DNA from: Octopus vulgaris
Lineage: Eukaryota
Direction: 5' to 3'
NCBI GenBank assembly: GCA_951406725.2
Contig: OX597825.1
Coordinates: forward strand, 56,048,001-56,112,000
DNA length: 64,000 nucleotides
Under the pieces are notes generated by a model. That model ran no database searches and was not told where the DNA came from. It was given only the letters and a program-made list of their open reading frames with translations. Shown here in pieces: positions 11,950 to 25,741 of the stretch; the first letter of the stretch is position 1, and each line of letters begins with the position of its first letter. The position numbers and the translations under genes are program-made.

Positions 11950-12580
11950 TATGTGAGAGAAAAACCAAGAACACATCTTTAAGGACGAGATAAACAAAAT
12001 GATAGCTGCATGATGAAGTTTTTAAAGCTGCACAGTATCTGACGTAGTGACTCCTTGATAAAAGGAGGAGAAAAGCGCTTTCTACAGTGTCTGTGAAAAG
12101 GACACGAACATTCTTTGATAGAATTATTGCTGCTCAGCACCGCTTGAGAGTGTGATACATTTGGATGATGCCGACGTCGGTGAGATATCTCGTCTGCAGC
12201 AAATCTATGGAGCATGCCACAGTATTACCAGAACCTCGTTGAGGATATAAAGCGCTGGGGGTATGAATCGTACAGTCGTGTACCTCTTCTAAGGCTGAAT
12301 ATCTTAACTACCTGAAGTCCTATGATAAAAACCAACTGTCTACAACCTACTTTCTTCTTGTGCAGGTGATTCAGCATGTGAAGTATGTGCGAAAGTTTGC
12401 AAGTCGATTTCAGGAATGAAAAGGCATATGGCAGATCAAAAGGATCCCATAAAAGGACGCGATCTATCCAGTGGACTTTTCACCTTACATGTGTCATCTA
12501 TGCTGCAGACTTTTCCGATCAGCGGCGAGACTGACAAATTATCTGACAGGTCTTGGATGGAAGGCCAAAACTACTATTGA
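11950..12580 (+). pseudogene. Degenerate RTE-type LINE 3' end with two C2H2 zinc-finger remnants
   Basis: IIAAQHRLRV*YIWMMP (compare RTE IAQHQLRWLGHVxRMP), then CEVCAKVCKSISGMKRHM and, after a frameshift, CHLCCRLFRSAARLTNYL. Confidence 0.6.
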
Positions 12581-12770
12581 CAACGAGAATCACAGAGATG
12601 GCAATCATTTGGGAAGTGAGAAATGCTGAAATAAAATTCGAGTCTTAACAGATCCATCCATCATATATCATATTATCCCAGCTGCATTGAGAGAGATACA
12701 TTTCACAGGGCAAGTTGCAAAGGAGCATATCCCAGAAGAATCAAAAGCAGAGGAGCATTTTCCAAACGTA

Positions 12771-13336
12771 TTGGGTTGTCCGGAAAGTTCGTGCCGAGTT
12801 ATACTAGCTTACTTTTCGACTTATTTTAGAACATGGTTGAGTCCATAAAATAGGATTTGACTACACCTCCATTTAGAGCACAGTTTAAGCTATCTTGTCG
12901 TGGGAGAAGATTTATGTTCCAATAACCTGTGTTAATTATGTAACCCTTTAAAATGGAAGATAAAAAAGTTCATTTTCGGCACTTGATGCTTAGGGAACCA
13001 GACAAAAATTGCTGCAGCTCGGCTGGGATGTGTTACACCACCCTCCATATTCACCAGATATTGCTCCTTCGGATTTTCACTTATTCAGGTCTCTGCAGAA
13101 TAGTCTTAATGGTAAAAATTTCAATTCCTTGGATGACGTAAAGAGATACCTTGATGAATTCTTTGCCATGAGACCACCTCAATTCTGGGAAAAGAGTATT
13201 TTCAAGTTAAAGGAAAGATGGAGACGCCTTGTGCAACTAAATGGTTCATATTTGGTTGATTAAAAATGTAATGGCAAGTATTTTTTGACCATTTTCTTTC
13301 CTTTAAAACTCGGCACGAACTTTCCGGATAACTCAA
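12771..13336 (+). mobile_element. Mariner internal-deletion derivative with both TIRs and TA target duplication
   Basis: TIRs ttgggttgtccggaaagttcgtgccga / tcggcacgaactttccggataactcaa; TA on both sides; encodes MEDKKVHFRHLML joined to LGWDVLHHPPYSPDIAPSDFHLFRSL. Confidence 0.95.
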
Positions 13337-14122
13337 TACTAAACACAAAGATTTATATCCTAGGAACAGTAAGAGACACAGTAGTACAAATTTCAGGAGT
13401 AGGAGACGTAGAAGATCATGCACAAAGCTTTACAATACGTACATAAGATCATAAGTCCAAAAAGAAAGACGGAGAGTCTGTATCGTTGGGAAGATCTCAA
13501 TGTTAGGATCATATAATCGTTATTCCATGTGACATGACAATGAAAAGCATCTACTTACAAGTCACATTCCCATCTTGAGACAGGGGTTCGCATCGAAACC
13601 GCTTTGAAGGGTTTCAGACAAATACGTAAAAGACGCTAGGATAAATTGATTACATCAGTAATTTTTGTGAGCGAAATGAACCTCGTGCGGATTAAATGTT
13701 CTACGTGATATATTACACCTTGGAATTCACTTTTGAAGACGAAAGAAATGTTGAAGATAATTAACGTTATCCAAAACCGCTTCACACACAAACTATTAAA
13801 GTAACATAGACGCAAATATTATACGTTAGACTTTATATTACACCAACAAAGCAGAAATAAGACCTTCTTACTCTGATTGTAAATCATTGATCTCTCAAGA
13901 GAATATACGTTTCTCATCAAGAAACCATAAACGGTATAATTAACATTCTTGAGAAAGTGACCGCAACAGAACTGACAGCGAGGAAACTGAAACCCGGTCG
14001 AGAAAAGTAGATAAATAGAACGGTTTTGGTTGAATAATTTTGGATCATTTAGTTTGAAGAACACTGAATTTCTGAATAAAACTTTATTAAAAAGTATTAA
14101 TTCTAAGGTCTTTGCGTGCAAA

Positions 14123-14398
<276 letters not shown>

Positions 14399-14794
14399 CA
14401 TTTTATATTATAGGCACAAGGTCTGAAATTTGTGGGGAGGAGGACACTCGATTAGATCGACCCCAGTACACAATTGCCACTTAATTTATCGACTCCGAAA
14501 AGATGAAAAGCAAAGTCACCTCGACGGAATTTGAAAGCAGAACGTAGCGACGGGCGAAATACCTGTTTCTTTACTACCCACAAGGGGCGAAACACAGAGA
14601 GGACAAACAAGGACAGACAAACGGATTATGTCGATTATATTGACCCCAGTGCGTAACTGGTACTTATTTAATCGACCCCGAAAGGCAAAGTCGACCTCGG
14701 CGGAATTTGGACTCAGAACGTAACGGCAGACGAAGTACCGCTAATCATTTCGCGCGGCGTGCTAACGATTCTGCCAGCTCTTATGATGATGATG

Positions 14795-14857
<63 letters not shown>

Positions 14858-14878
14858 GTAATAATGATAATAATGATA

Positions 14879-14910
<32 letters not shown>

Positions 14911-14916
14911 GATGAT

Positions 14917-15420
14917 GCAGTGGTTCTCATGGCTTCTGATCTTAACTGATTGGAAGTGTTGTCATGTACATTGTTTTATCTTGGTATAAAAGATGGGCTA
15001 CAGAAAATATTCTGCTTAATACCACAGATTTGCTTGTCAGTTGTTTGACCATAACCAATTGAGCATGTAACTTGGTGGCTGACGATATGTGTATTTCTGA
15101 TCACGAGCAGAAGTAGTGGGGGAGCATTATAGCCATTATTCCAGGAATTCTTTGTGATTTGAATAAAACACCTCTGGAAACATGGGTGTTTTGTTCAACA
15201 TCCTTAAACGAGTCTTATCCAGCGACCTTTTGAGCGGAATGGGCTACTCATCCTGAAGAAAATTCTGAGCCCCACCTGCAAGGTCATGCGCTGTTTATTT
15301 TGATATGAGATCACCATGTCGCACACATATGGTAGCGATGAAGTGCCTAGCTTACCATTATCAGACTGGTAGTCATGATAGGTATACTGGGCTTCGTATA
15401 TTTTACCCCAGTGTCACTCT
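14917..15420. repeat. About 500-bp interspersed repeat of unclear class between (GAT)n and (TAA)n
   Basis: Sharp microsatellite boundaries, higher GC, no ORF; recognised from memory as a common octopus repeat, not verified. Confidence 0.45.
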
Positions 15421-15829
15421 GATAATAATAATAATGGTTTCAAATTTTGGCACAAGGCCAGTAATTTCGGGATCGATAAAATAAGTGCCACTGTTCAACT
15501 GGTACTTATTTTATCGACCCCCGAAAGGATTAAAGTCGATCGTGTGGAATTTCAAGTCAGTACGTGCAGACGGACAAAATGCCGCTATGCATTTTGTGTG
15601 GTTTGCCAACGATTCTGTCAGTTCGACGTTTTTATTATAACACTAACGTGAATTGTAACACTAACAACAACAATATCTTTTCTAGTATAGACACAAGGCC
15701 TGCAATTGTTGAGGAGGGTGCAGTCGATTATATTACTGCCCAGTGCTCAACCGGTACATATTTTATCGAACCGAAAACGATGGAAGTTGAAATAATAATA
15801 ATAATGATAATAGTAATAATAACAACAAT

Positions 15830-15897
<68 letters not shown>

Positions 15898-15922
15898 TAA
15901 TAATGATAATAATAATAATAAT

Positions 15923-16065
15923 GGAGCACTTGCAAAAACAGCACTGCTTGGAACCGCTCATGTACGCCGGATGGTATTCAAAAAATAAGGGGTATTACCT
16001 TAGTTCACTGGTAGTGAATAGCTGACAACGTAGTACATCGTTAGATACTGTGCAAAGACAATAAA
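15923..16065 (+). mobile_element. R4/Dong-type 3' terminal fragment
   Basis: EHLQ(K)TALLGTAHVRRMV (one frameshift) resembles the RLE-LINE terminus LQKTALLGTARILRxVL; homologous to 62385-62530; abuts (TAA)n. Confidence 0.75.
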
Positions 16066-17008
16066 TAATAATAATGAGAAGAAGAAGATGAAGAAGAAGA
16101 AGATGAAGAAGAAGAAGAAGTAAAAGAGCAACAGCTACAACAACAACAATGGTAATAGTGATAATGGCATAAGACCAGCATGTTTGAGAGAGAGAGGATA
16201 AGTCGGTCACACCGACCCCAGTGATCAACTGGTACTTATTTTATCGCTCTCAAAACGATGAAAAGCAAAATGGTCTTCCGCGTAATTTGAATTTGGAACG
16301 TAAAGACAGACGAAATACCTATTTCTTTAGTACCCATAAGGGGCTAAACACAGAGAGGACAAACAAGGACAGACAAATGGATTAAGTCGATTACATCGAC
16401 CTCAGTGCGTAATTGGTACTTAATTTATCGATCCCGAAAGGATGAAAGGGAAAGTCGACATCGGCGGAATTTGAACTCAGAACGTGACGGCAGACGAAAT
16501 ACCGCTAAGCATTTCGCCCGGTTAGCTAACGATTCTGGTAGCTAATCATCTTCTCTAACAACAACAGCAACGACAACAACAATAACGATTTCAATTTTTG
16601 GCACAAGGCCAAGAAAATTTGGGGGAGAGGCCGGTCAATTACATCGAGCCCAGTGCCCAATTGGTCCTTATTTTATCGATCCCAAGAGGATGAAAGTCGA
16701 CCTCAGCGGAATTTGAACTCAGAGCATAAAAAGCTGGAAAAAATGCCGGTAGGAATTTTGTTAGCGTGCTTAACGATGCGGCCAGTTCCTCACTTTCTAT
16801 GATAATAATAATACTTTATACCATAAGCAAAATGCCTTAAATTTCGGCAGAGGGCTGAGTCGATTATATCGACCCTCCCAGTATTCAATTGGTACTTAAC
16901 TTATCGAAAGGTTGAAGGCCAAAGTCAACTCTGGAGGATTTGAACTCAGAACGTAAAGACGGACGAAATACCGCTCAGCATTCTAACCATTCTGCCAGCT
17001 CCTCGCCT

Positions 17009-17081
<73 letters not shown>

Positions 17082-18195
17082 TATTATCGTCATTATACAA
17101 CAATGATAATGATGGTTTCAAGTTTTGGCTGAAAACCAGCAGTTTCGGGGAAGGTGGTATGACGATTATATCGGCCTCACTGTTCAACTGGTATTTATTT
17201 TATTGACACACAGATGATGAAAGACAAAGTCAACCCTGATGGCATTTGATCTCAGAACGTAAAAACGGAAGAAGTGTCGCTAAGCACCTTTTCCGATGCG
17301 ATAACGATTCTGCCAGCTCGCCACCTTCTTTAACAACATCAAAAACAAAATCAACAACAACAACAACAATAATGATAGTAACAATAATAATAACTATAAT
17401 AATAAACATTGTTTTCACAGAAACAAGCGAATTCCTTGTGATGAAAGGTTTAAATATTACAAAAGGTCTCAATAAGCTATCTTTCACGCGAATACAGCTA
17501 GAAAAATAATGATTAAAATATAACTCATTGAAGCCTCACTGTACGCTCCTCTGAAGAAGAACGATCAAAGAATGAACCGTAGTGGCTAACTGATTAAAGT
17601 AAAATCCAAAGGCTTCCTTCCGTTATCTATGGGAGGTTTTTAATTTTGAAATCAAAACCTGGATCACTTCAATGTCAAGATGGCTCGTATAAGAAGGATT
17701 CTTCATAGATATACCATCATCTCAAAAAGCATTATGAACATATATTTTTCTAACCAAGTTAGGGGATATATATGTTGAATAGCTTAATATGTTACCAATT
17801 ACCAGACAACTTCTAACAGCAAATTAACTTCTAGTAATTTAACAAAATACATTACTTAATCAATAAACTATATAGGCACAAATATTGATACAAAATCATT
17901 TCTAGCAGTAAGTAATGTTACAATTCTACTTTTAAAACCTAGCCAGTTCTCTTTTAATCCTAGTAACATTGTCAGTCAGACAAAGGTGTGCTGTTCTACG
18001 AAAAGTAGTTATACGAAAAGTCTAAAGCAAAGGAAGACATTTATATAGAACTAGGCCAATGAAGATTACATGCGTTTCAAGGTCACGAAATTCTATCAAA
18101 CCCAGAGGATTCCCTCAAACAGGGAACACTTCAGAACTGTAAGCATATTTCGTATGACCTTAACATAACTATATCTACAGATGCATATAAACAGT

Positions 18196-18600
18196 TTTAT
18201 CTTTCATTTTGTTCAGTCATTTAACTACGGCCATGCTGGAGTACTACCTTGAAGGCTTTTGGTCAAACAAATCGCCCTCAGGACATATTTTTAAGTTTAG
18301 CACTTATTCTATCGGGTAATTTTGTAGAACCGCTTCGTTACGGGGATGCAAACACACCAACACCGGTCGCTAAGCGATTGTAAAGGACAAATACAGAAAT
18401 AAAGACACACAGGCATAGTTATATACATATATACACACGACGGGTTTCTCTCAGTTTCCATCTACAAAATCCACCCACAAAGTTTTGATCGACCCAAGGC
18501 TATGGTTTAAAACACTTACCCAAAGCGGCATGCAGTGAAACTGATAATGGAACCGTGTGTTTGGGAAGCAATATGCTTACCATACAGGCACGCCTGCACC
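18196..18600 (-). mobile_element. SINE family A, full length, diverged
   Basis: Tail, central microsatellite and head all align by eye to the reverse complement of 45927-46340. Confidence 0.85.
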
Positions 18601-18872
18601 TGTATTTACAAACTGTTAACAACTGTTGCAAGACAGTGAGAATATTTTCTATAAAAGTCACTCAAAAAATCTCTAGTTTTGAGCAAATTTTACCAATGGA
18701 TGTAGTTCATTATATCCTAGTGACCCAGGCATTACTTTCAACCTGGACAGATTTTAAAAGTGGTTCCTCACAAAAATGGATAAAGTTAAAAACGGTGACT
18801 GTTTGGAAGAATTCGTCACCTTAAATACCGATTCTTTGGAGTAATGTCGGGAACAACATGACGTCATAAATA

Positions 18873-19258
18873 TCTTTTTATCGTATTTATTTCAGTTACT
18901 GGACAGCGACCGTTCTGGGACACAAACTTGAAGGGTTTTATCGAACGAATCGACCCCAGTATTAATTTTTAGAAGCTTGATACTTATTCTATCAGCCCCC
19001 TCTGTCGAGCCACCAAGTTACAAGGACGTAAACAATCCGACAACGGTTGTCAAATAACTGCAGGAGACAAATGCAAAAACACAAAACACACACACACACC
19101 CATCCGACGAGCTTTTCTCAGTTCATCTACCAAATCCACTCACGATGTTTCGATCGGCCCAGGAGTATAGAAGACATTGGCCCAAGATATCACGCAGTGG
19201 GACTAAACCTGGAGTCATGTGTCTGGGAAGTAAATATCTTACCACACAGCCTCGCCTA
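18873..19258 (-). mobile_element. SINE family A, full length, diverged
   Basis: As above; ends cttaccacacagcctcgccta. Confidence 0.85.
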
Positions 19259-19784
19259 TTGAAGATTCTTGAAAATCTTGTTCCAAACATTTGCATACAA
19301 GATAGAAAAGAAGATGAGGAATGGTAGCTATTGTCAGATTCCAAAAGTCTTATTTTTACAAACACAGGTACCAAGTATCTATAGAGAGACAATTTGACAT
19401 TTAGAGGTAAACTAGTGTTCAATTGCTTCTTAAAGATTTTATAAAACCATCAGCAAAGTTTCGCTAGAGGCGCTTGAGCATCTTGATGCAGATCTCTCTT
19501 TAGCTTCCTTGATCAGCCACCTGCAAAACGCAGAAAATAACCAAAAGCAACTTGAGAGGCCATATACGTGTGTAAATATGCATGCATATATATATATATA
19601 TGTATGTGTGTGTTTGAGTGCGCGCATATGTGATGTCTGTGTTTATACATACACACACACATATATATATATACAATATACGCATATATATATATATATA
19701 TATATATATGCATATGCATACACAAAAATATATATATATATGTATGTATGTATATATATATATATGCATATATATATATATATA

Positions 19785-19827
<43 letters not shown>

Positions 19828-19836
19828 CTATCTATA

Positions 19837-19887
<51 letters not shown>

Positions 19888-19889
19888 TA

Positions 19890-20180
19890 TTGAAGTAGAT
19901 AAATGAATTATCTTATTACGGATAATTCGAAAGATAACCGATACCTGGGTAGCAAAATTCACAACAGAAAGGGCACGGTTGAAGTTACGACCATGGGGCA
20001 TAAAATCCGTGCCTTAGTGCGGAAATTTGAAGTTTTATATATTAAGTATAGGAAAGAATGGAGCTGAACGAAGATTTAACAAAATTCCTTTATTTTATTT
20101 TCGACATATGTTTCGAAGTCTGCAAAGTCCCTAATTCCGATTGAATAAGGAGTCCATTTTGCAGCTTTCTCTTCAGGAAT
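19890..20180 (-). mobile_element. Penelope-like pLTR with hammerhead motif at 20098-20179
   Basis: Reverse complement: attc CTGAAGA gaaagctgcaaa...tttgcagacttc GAAA c ATAT g TC gaaaa; homologous to the 4417/5204 arms; bounded by (TA)n. Confidence 0.75.
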
Positions 20181-20200
20181 ATATATATACATATACATAT

Positions 20201-20256
<56 letters not shown>

Positions 20257-21269
20257 CAAATGTCATCTACTACACCTCCGGCCAGATCGAAACTCTTTAA
20301 AACTGTACCCCACGATGGTCGCAGTCCAGTGATTGAAAAAAAGGACAAGACATAGATAAATATATTTTAAATATGGCGGCACCGTAGTAGCACGTCTACT
20401 TCTCTGTTTCTCGTATGTCCCCTTTATACATTGCAGATAATCGGTGTTAAGAAAAATTTCTCCGCCAGAGAAGTTTATTGCATTAGGATATTTTTAACTT
20501 GAATCTGTTTTGTCCGGTGTCCTTATGCATTAACATCGTAAAAACGAAACTCTCCTCTGGCAACGTGCTTTAAAAGTAAAAACGATTTTCTCTGGTTCTT
20601 AAACTAGTCTCAGCGTAAGTGTTTTCCTTTCCTCTCGTTTCAAAATAAGGAAAAGTGATTTTCTTTTAACTCTTAATAGATCCTAAGTAAGTCACACACT
20701 GAAAATTTGTAAAGTTAAATTTTTCAGTTCTATTTATCACACAACTCCAAAACTTTTTCCTTTCTTCTGTCTTCGTAAACATCACAACTTCTCACCCTTT
20801 TGCTACAAACTTTCTCTTTCTCTTTCCCACTGTTGTTCACTCTACAATCTTTTGTACTATCTTTTTAAACAATAAAACTCTACTATCTTTTGAATAACCT
20901 TTATAAACAGTACTGTTAAAGTCCTTTTGAAATAATCATACCTTACTTTCTAAGCTCCCACTTAACTTTTCTTATATATTGTTCTCTTCAGGCACCGCTT
21001 TTTATTCCTACCTTTTATAATATACCTTTATCTCCCGTCTTCATAAACACTTTTTCTTTCTCTCTCAACTCACTTTTATAACGTACCTTTTGGGAATAGA
21101 TTCTTCTCCAGATTTTCTTAATAAGACTCCGCATTCTCTCTCTTTTACTTCCCCTTTATAATGTTCTTTTTGGAAATAGTTTCTTCCCTCGTTCCCTTAG
21201 TAACTCCCCTATCTTTCGCACACGTTGCATTTATTAAATCTTTCAAATGCATAGTAATATGCACCACTA

Positions 21270-22738
21270 ACACCACCAACACCTACCCACATATCGCACC
21301 CATATTCCTATTAAATATTGGAGGTCTATTACAAATCAGTAACAGAGGTAAAATTCTCTATCTGAGTGACCTTGCTGCATGCGATCAAGCAATATTTATG
21401 GCGCTTGTAGAAACGCATCTAACCTCATACATAACATATGCCGAAATACATACACCAGAGTATGCTGTATTTCGTACGTTCAGAAGAGAAAGAGGCCGTG
21501 GAGGACTTACTATGTACATCCGTGAAGATGTCACACCTCACTGCTGTCACAGTCGGGCTCGGTTTGTGACCCCTTAATAATGCATATAAAGTAAATTGAT
21601 GTAATTATATGCACAACATATCGTTCACCAAATGCCTCGAAATATGAGGCTAAATTTGAGGATAGCCTTAGATACAATAGGAGAGGTGTGGACAAACCTG
21701 AACCTACATATCAATATATTGTTCCTGCATGAGACTTCAACTTCCCAAATGTTAAATGACCTGAAGGCCTCATCAGCTCTAAAATGTCACTGCCTGATCA
21801 AAGGCATGTAGAATCATTACCTGACGCTTCTAAGGGTAACAACATCTTGGATCCCGGCTTCAGAAACTGCATTTTCAGACCGCAACATTGTAGAACTAGC
21901 AGCATTGGTCTTAGGGGAACTGCAGGTATCTACCCAATAAGAAAGACTCAAAGCCAACTTGAATTTCAAGAAAGCAAAATGAAAGTCAGTATGTAAAGAC
22001 ATCTACCAACCAAACTGATCCGGCAGTCTGTCTATACAAGATATTCACCAAAAACTCATTCAATTTATGTCGACAATACAGACTATATCCAGTAAATATA
22101 CCCCAGAATGAAAGACCAGTGTACCTATAAATAAAATTCCGAGATCGGAAAATCCTTATGAGAAGCTTATGAAGGGTCTCAAACCGGCTGAGTAGGCAAA
22201 TGAAGTCTGTTAAAAGTCTAAATGAAGATGGACACTCAAACAAATTCTCTTATGAAAAAGAAAGAGCACAGGGAAAGAGAGATAGAGATAGAGAGAGAGA
22301 GAAAACAGCTTTGGAAAGCTTAAGAACAAACCCTAAAACTTTCTATAAAATAGCAAAGTAAACAGCTACAGCACAATACAAAATAGGACCGCTGTTCCAA
22401 AAGTCCGAACCACTGATCGCAGAACTCGAAAAGATGAGTTTTGCGCTCAGTGAACAATTTAAAGTATCTTCACTTCGCCATTAGGACATAAAAAATAGAT
22501 AAAAAACAACGCGGCTGAATACTATAACATTACAGCTCTGCAGACGAAGGCGGCAATCGTCGATTACATTGAGGAGGCAGATGCAACAGCGGCCATTAAC
22601 AGCTATTCTTCTGAAGTTATGTAAGCATGCTCAAGCGAAACTACTTCAGATAGTTTGTCAGAGTTTCCTTACAAGTGGTAAACTTCCTAAAATGCTAAAA
22701 GTAAAAAAGACACTATATGCTTAAAGGCAGGAGCAGAG
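21270..22738 (+). pseudogene. Degenerate CR1/Jockey-group LINE ORF2, AP endonuclease to start of RT
   Basis: IFLLNIGGL...MALVETHL...EIHTPEYAVFRTFRRERGRGGLTMYIRED, then YRSP, DFNFPNVK*, NNILD, NPKTFYK, IGPL and SFLTSGKLPKML; many stops and frameshifts. Confidence 0.85.
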
Positions 22739-22885
22739 TACTGGTGTGTTTACATCCCCGTAACTTAGCGGTTCGGCAAAAGAGATCCAGGGAATAAGTC
22801 CAGGGGACGATGTGTTCGACTAAAGGTGTTACTCCAGCATGGCCGCAGTCAAATGACTGAGACATGTAAAAGAATATAAGAATAC
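22739..22885 (+). mobile_element. SINE family A, 3' half, truncating the LINE
   Basis: ctggtgtgtttacatccccgtaacttagcggttcggcaaaagag...ccagcatggccgcagtcaaatgactga. Confidence 0.85.
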
Positions 22886-23003
22886 ATCTACACTTATATA
22901 TGAGGCAAATTCATTCATCGCAATCATCTCCATATTAAATCAAGATAATACCTCAGTAAATATCAGCATCGGAGTGAATAAATAAATGTACATGCATTAA
23001 TAA

Positions 23004-23361
23004 TTAATGATCTTATTAATGGCCAGCATGTAATAACAACCATAGAGGTAAACATTAATATAAATATATAATTACATAGATATAATTATAATTAAGAGTA
23101 CTGAGAAACAGCACCTACACGCTGGAGATAAACGTCAAAATTTTACTAAATCCGCTTTAATCATTTGCTCGTTTTCAGCCTTGCGCTAATGGAGTGTAAT
23201 TTGATGCGCTTTTTTTTTAGAGTTTTTGACCTCCATTTCTAGTGTGTAGGTGCTGTTTCTCAGTACCCATAATTATAATTATATCTATATAATCATATAT
23301 TTATATTAATGTTTAACTATATGGTGTTTATTTATATATGCTGGCCATTGAAGATCATTAA
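23004..23361. repeat. Imperfect fold-back element (about 140-bp arms)
   Basis: ttaatgatctt..tggccagcat..gtactgagaaacagcacctacac versus gtgtaggtgctgtttctcagtac..atgctggcca..aagatcattaa. Confidence 0.85.
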
Positions 23362-23389
23362 CTTTAATTGATTTTAATTATGTATGTTT

Positions 23390-23434
<45 letters not shown>

Positions 23435-23604
23435 CATGTATGTATGTATACATACATACACATGCATACAATTACATATATGTGTGTGTGTGCATATATA
23501 TATATGTATGTGTGTATATATATGTCTGTATGTGTATATATATATATATATATCGAAAGAGATAGTGGGGAAGATAGATAGATAAATCGATAGATAGGTA
23601 GGTC

Positions 23605-23672
<68 letters not shown>

Positions 23673-23756
23673 TTTACATATGCAAATGTAAACGTTTTTC
23701 TAAAAATATAGTTTAAGAAAATCGTAATTCAAACTTCTCTAAGTATGTGTATATAG

Positions 23757-24168
23757 TTTATCTTTTATCTTTAACTTGTTTCAGACGTTTCACTGCTGCC
23801 ATAGTAGGACACTGCTTTGAAGGGTTTAAGTCGAACAAATCAAATACAAGGACTTATTATTTCTTTTAACCCCTTATCCGGCAGAAACGAATATATGCGT
23901 TTTGACTTAAATCGTTTTTTTCTATCTCTGGCGAGTTAACTCGTCAAAAGATAGACTCGCCAAAATCGACAATTAAAACATAAAACAATTAAAAAATATG
24001 TCTGAAAAAATACATTTATTTTCAAAATAATTGTTGGGTAAGGGGTTAAACCTACTACCTATGCTATCTGCTTCTTTTGCCAAACCGCTAAGTTATGGGA
24101 ACGTAAACATACCACCACCGGTTGTCAAGCGGTGGTAAAAGACAAAGAGAAACACAAATACATATATA
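23757..24168 (-). mobile_element. SINE family A, 3' half, interrupted by a MITE
   Basis: SINE sequence resumes in register after the insert (ggacttattatttcttttaa | acctactacctatgctatc). Confidence 0.8.
23870..24045. mobile_element. piggyBac-type MITE (176 bp) with TTAA target duplication
   Basis: TTAA-ccccttatccggca ... tgttgggtaagggg-TTAA, inserted inside a SINE. Confidence 0.85.
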
Positions 24169-25409
24169 TTAGGTTGCTTCACATGAAATGGCGCAATTTT
24201 GATTACTTGTTATTTCAGTAATCTAAAAGCTCAATTATGTACACCTTGCATTTAATCTTGGCTCTTTTTATTTCCCAACAATATTGATATACAAAATTCG
24301 TACCCACTGAACTTATGAAAATGATAAAAACCAAACTATGTTAAGGGATTTTCTCGTATAAGTTCAACGTGGGTCACTCTGCAGAAGCACCAAAGAATAT
24401 CAAGCAGTCCTTTGGTAATGTTTTTGTTGACATCAGAACGGTTCAGAAATGTTCCGAAAGCTCTCTTCAGGAGATGATAGCCTTGAAAATAAACCAAGGG
24501 GTAGGCCAAAATAAGTTATTCGGCATGAGAGATTAATTGCTTTGGTTGAACAAAATTCGAGAACAAAGGTTCGAAAACTTTCATCAGAACTCCAAATCTC
24601 TCGAACACCTGTTTTTGGACACCTGTAAAATATTGGAAAAGTCAAGAAAGCAGGTTTGTTCCACATCAACTGAACGCGATTCAAAAATCAGACGCCTCGA
24701 AGTGTAATCTTTATTGCTTTCTCGACTGAAAAAGACCATTTTTGCATCAATTCATTACTTGTGATGAGAAATGGATACTCCTTGACAACAGCAGGAGAAT
24801 AGGACAGTGATTAGATGCAGGAGAGTCACATAAACACTACCCAAACCCACAATTGTACCCTAAAAAGTTAGTGGTCATTGTATGTTAGTCTGCGATGGTA
24901 GTTATTCATTACTCATTTTTGCAACCAAGAAAAACGGTAACAGCAACATCTTATTGCCAGGAAACTGATTGTATGCATGAGAATTTGAAAAAAAAAGCAA
25001 CCCGGATTAGTGAATAGAGCTGGCCTAATTTTGCTCCACAATGCACGTCCTCACACTCCTCAAGCTACGGTCCAAAAGTTGCAAAGCCTGAATTATGAAA
25101 TTTTGCAAATTCCTCCCTATTCTCCTGTTATCTTTCTTACTGATTGATCATCACTTATTTAAGCATTCTGAGCTTTTCATAAGCTATAAAACATTCTTAA
25201 GTAGAGAATAGGTAATTGAAGCATTCGGAGAGTTTATCACGGCAAAGGATGATTTTTTTAAAAGACGGAATATAAGACATAGAGAAACGTTGGGTAAACG
25301 TCATAAGTGAACATGGATCATACTTTAATTAAATAAATCAGTTCTCTGACACTTCTGAAACATTTTGTTGTTACCTTTCAAATACGACATTTCATATGAA
25401 ACAACCTAC
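24169..25409 (+). mobile_element. Degenerate near-full-length mariner (second family)
   Basis: TIRs ttaggttgcttcacatgaaatggcgca / tacgacatttcatatgaaacaaccta; transposase motifs ITCDEKWI, LLHNARPH and PPYSP with stops and frameshifts. Confidence 0.9.
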
Positions 25410-25412
25410 ACA

Positions 25413-25481
<69 letters not shown>

Positions 25482-25494
25482 ATATTTGTGTGTG

Positions 25495-25704
25495 TGTGAT
25501 TTTGTGTCTGTGTTTGTTCCCGCCCACTGTCGCTTGCCAACCGATGTTAGTGTGTTTACGTACTCGTAACTTAGCGGTTCGACAAACGAGATCCGATAGA
25601 ATAAGTACCAGCGCTACAAAGAATAAGTCCTGGGGTCGATTTCTTCGGCTAAAAAGGCGGTGCACCAATATGGCCGCACTCAAGTGACTGAAACAAGTAG
25701 ATGA

Positions 25705-25705
<1 letters not shown>
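25495..25705 (+). mobile_element. SINE family A, 3' half
   Basis: tgtttgttcccgcc...cgtaacttagcggttcgac...gaataagtcctggggtcg...gtgactgaaacaagta. Confidence 0.85.

Positions 25706-25741
<36 letters not shown>

Larger units (their letters stand above)
14405..17325 (-). mobile_element. Cluster of about 7 same-orientation SINE family B copies (14405-14780, 15435-15620, 15680-15790, 16170-16545, 16585-16790, 16815-17010, 17112-17325) separated by (TAA)/(CAA)/(GAA) tracts
   Basis: Repeated ggtacttattttatcgaccccgaaaggatgaaaggcaaagtcgacctcggcggaatttgaactcagaacgt...ctaacgattctgccagctc. Confidence 0.9.
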
